A stretch of DNA of 64,000 bases from Ginglymostoma cirratum (taxonomy: Eukaryota): NCBI GenBank assembly GCA_024137785.1, contig JAHRHZ010000056.1, positions 15,314,409 through 15,378,408 of the forward strand, in the 5' to 3' direction. The notes beneath the pieces were generated by a model. It was not told the DNA's origin. It saw nothing but the letters and a program-made list of their open reading frames with translations, and searched no databases. Below are positions 63,561 through 64,000 of this stretch, in pieces. Position numbers and translations under genes: made by a program. How positions within the stretch are numbered: the first letter of the stretch is position 1; every line of letters begins with the position of its first letter.

Positions 63561-64000
63561 TACTGGAGAAATTGCTGGACTCCCACTGTATAATTGGCAC
63601 AACTAGATGGTCTGTGCCCAAGTCATTTCATACCAGGCCTTAAGGGCAGGAGCTGACCTCACCAGATACAGGGGAAAGGCCATTTAATCAGATATTGATT
63701 AAAACTACTTGTGGCTCAAAAGAGTTGTGTGCTGCTATTTCTCCATTTTATTATTTAAAACGAACACTGGTATGTTTCAACCAGATCAAGGGCTGTGCTG
63801 CAATTGCCTGACTTTGATCTAAGCAACAAAAACAAAATGTTTCCAGCTGCTGTAGCTAGACAGTCTGGAAGTGCAATAAAAAGAAAGAATGAGATGTTGC
63901 AAACCAGCACTAATTCAACAGTTATTATACAAAAGAATATGTTTCAAATACTACCTCTCACCTTCAATTGATGAAGGCGATCATTAAAAATGCTAAGCAG

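Noticed and set aside
63962-64000. TTGAAG|gtgaga donor-like site as possible UBTF exon 4 (ends KKLK in human)
   Set aside because: The upstream frame reads LSIFNDRLHQLK, not HVKNPYKGKKLK; exon 4 is probably outside the window

Overview
Vertebrate DNA, most likely an elasmobranch (shark), judged from HE1-type SINEs, CR1/HER1 LINE ends and Penelope-type palindromic repeats. Two tandem minus-strand genes fill the window. UBTF (Pol I factor UBF) is present as coding exons equivalent to human exons 5-21 (59503 down to the stop at 25078) plus a long 3' UTR; its 5' exons lie beyond 64000. ATXN7L3 (SAGA DUB subunit, Sgf11 orthologue) is present as a CpG-island promoter at about 16.5-17.2 kb, a probable non-coding exon 1, and coding exons 2-10 (14731 down to 1403); its last exons lie before position 1. 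Exons were found by manual translation and splice-site reading, and they join in frame. Introns contain many SINE, LINE and Penelope relics, and there is a 400-nt N gap. Most interesting observations: (1) palindromic repeats carrying minimal hammerhead-ribozyme cores back to back on both strands, with covarying stem II across subfamilies and a decayed Penelope-like element in the window; (2) a candidate alternative terminal exon in ATXN7L3 intron 2 with acceptor, Kozak ATG, 68-aa ORF and polyA signal; (3) a GC splice donor on the UBF1/UBF2 cassette exon; (4) an in-frame uORF ending 6 nt before the ATXN7L3 start; (5) a 21-bp microinversion inside an HE1 SINE. Repeat boundaries are approximate, comparisons with human are from memory, and no database searches were run.
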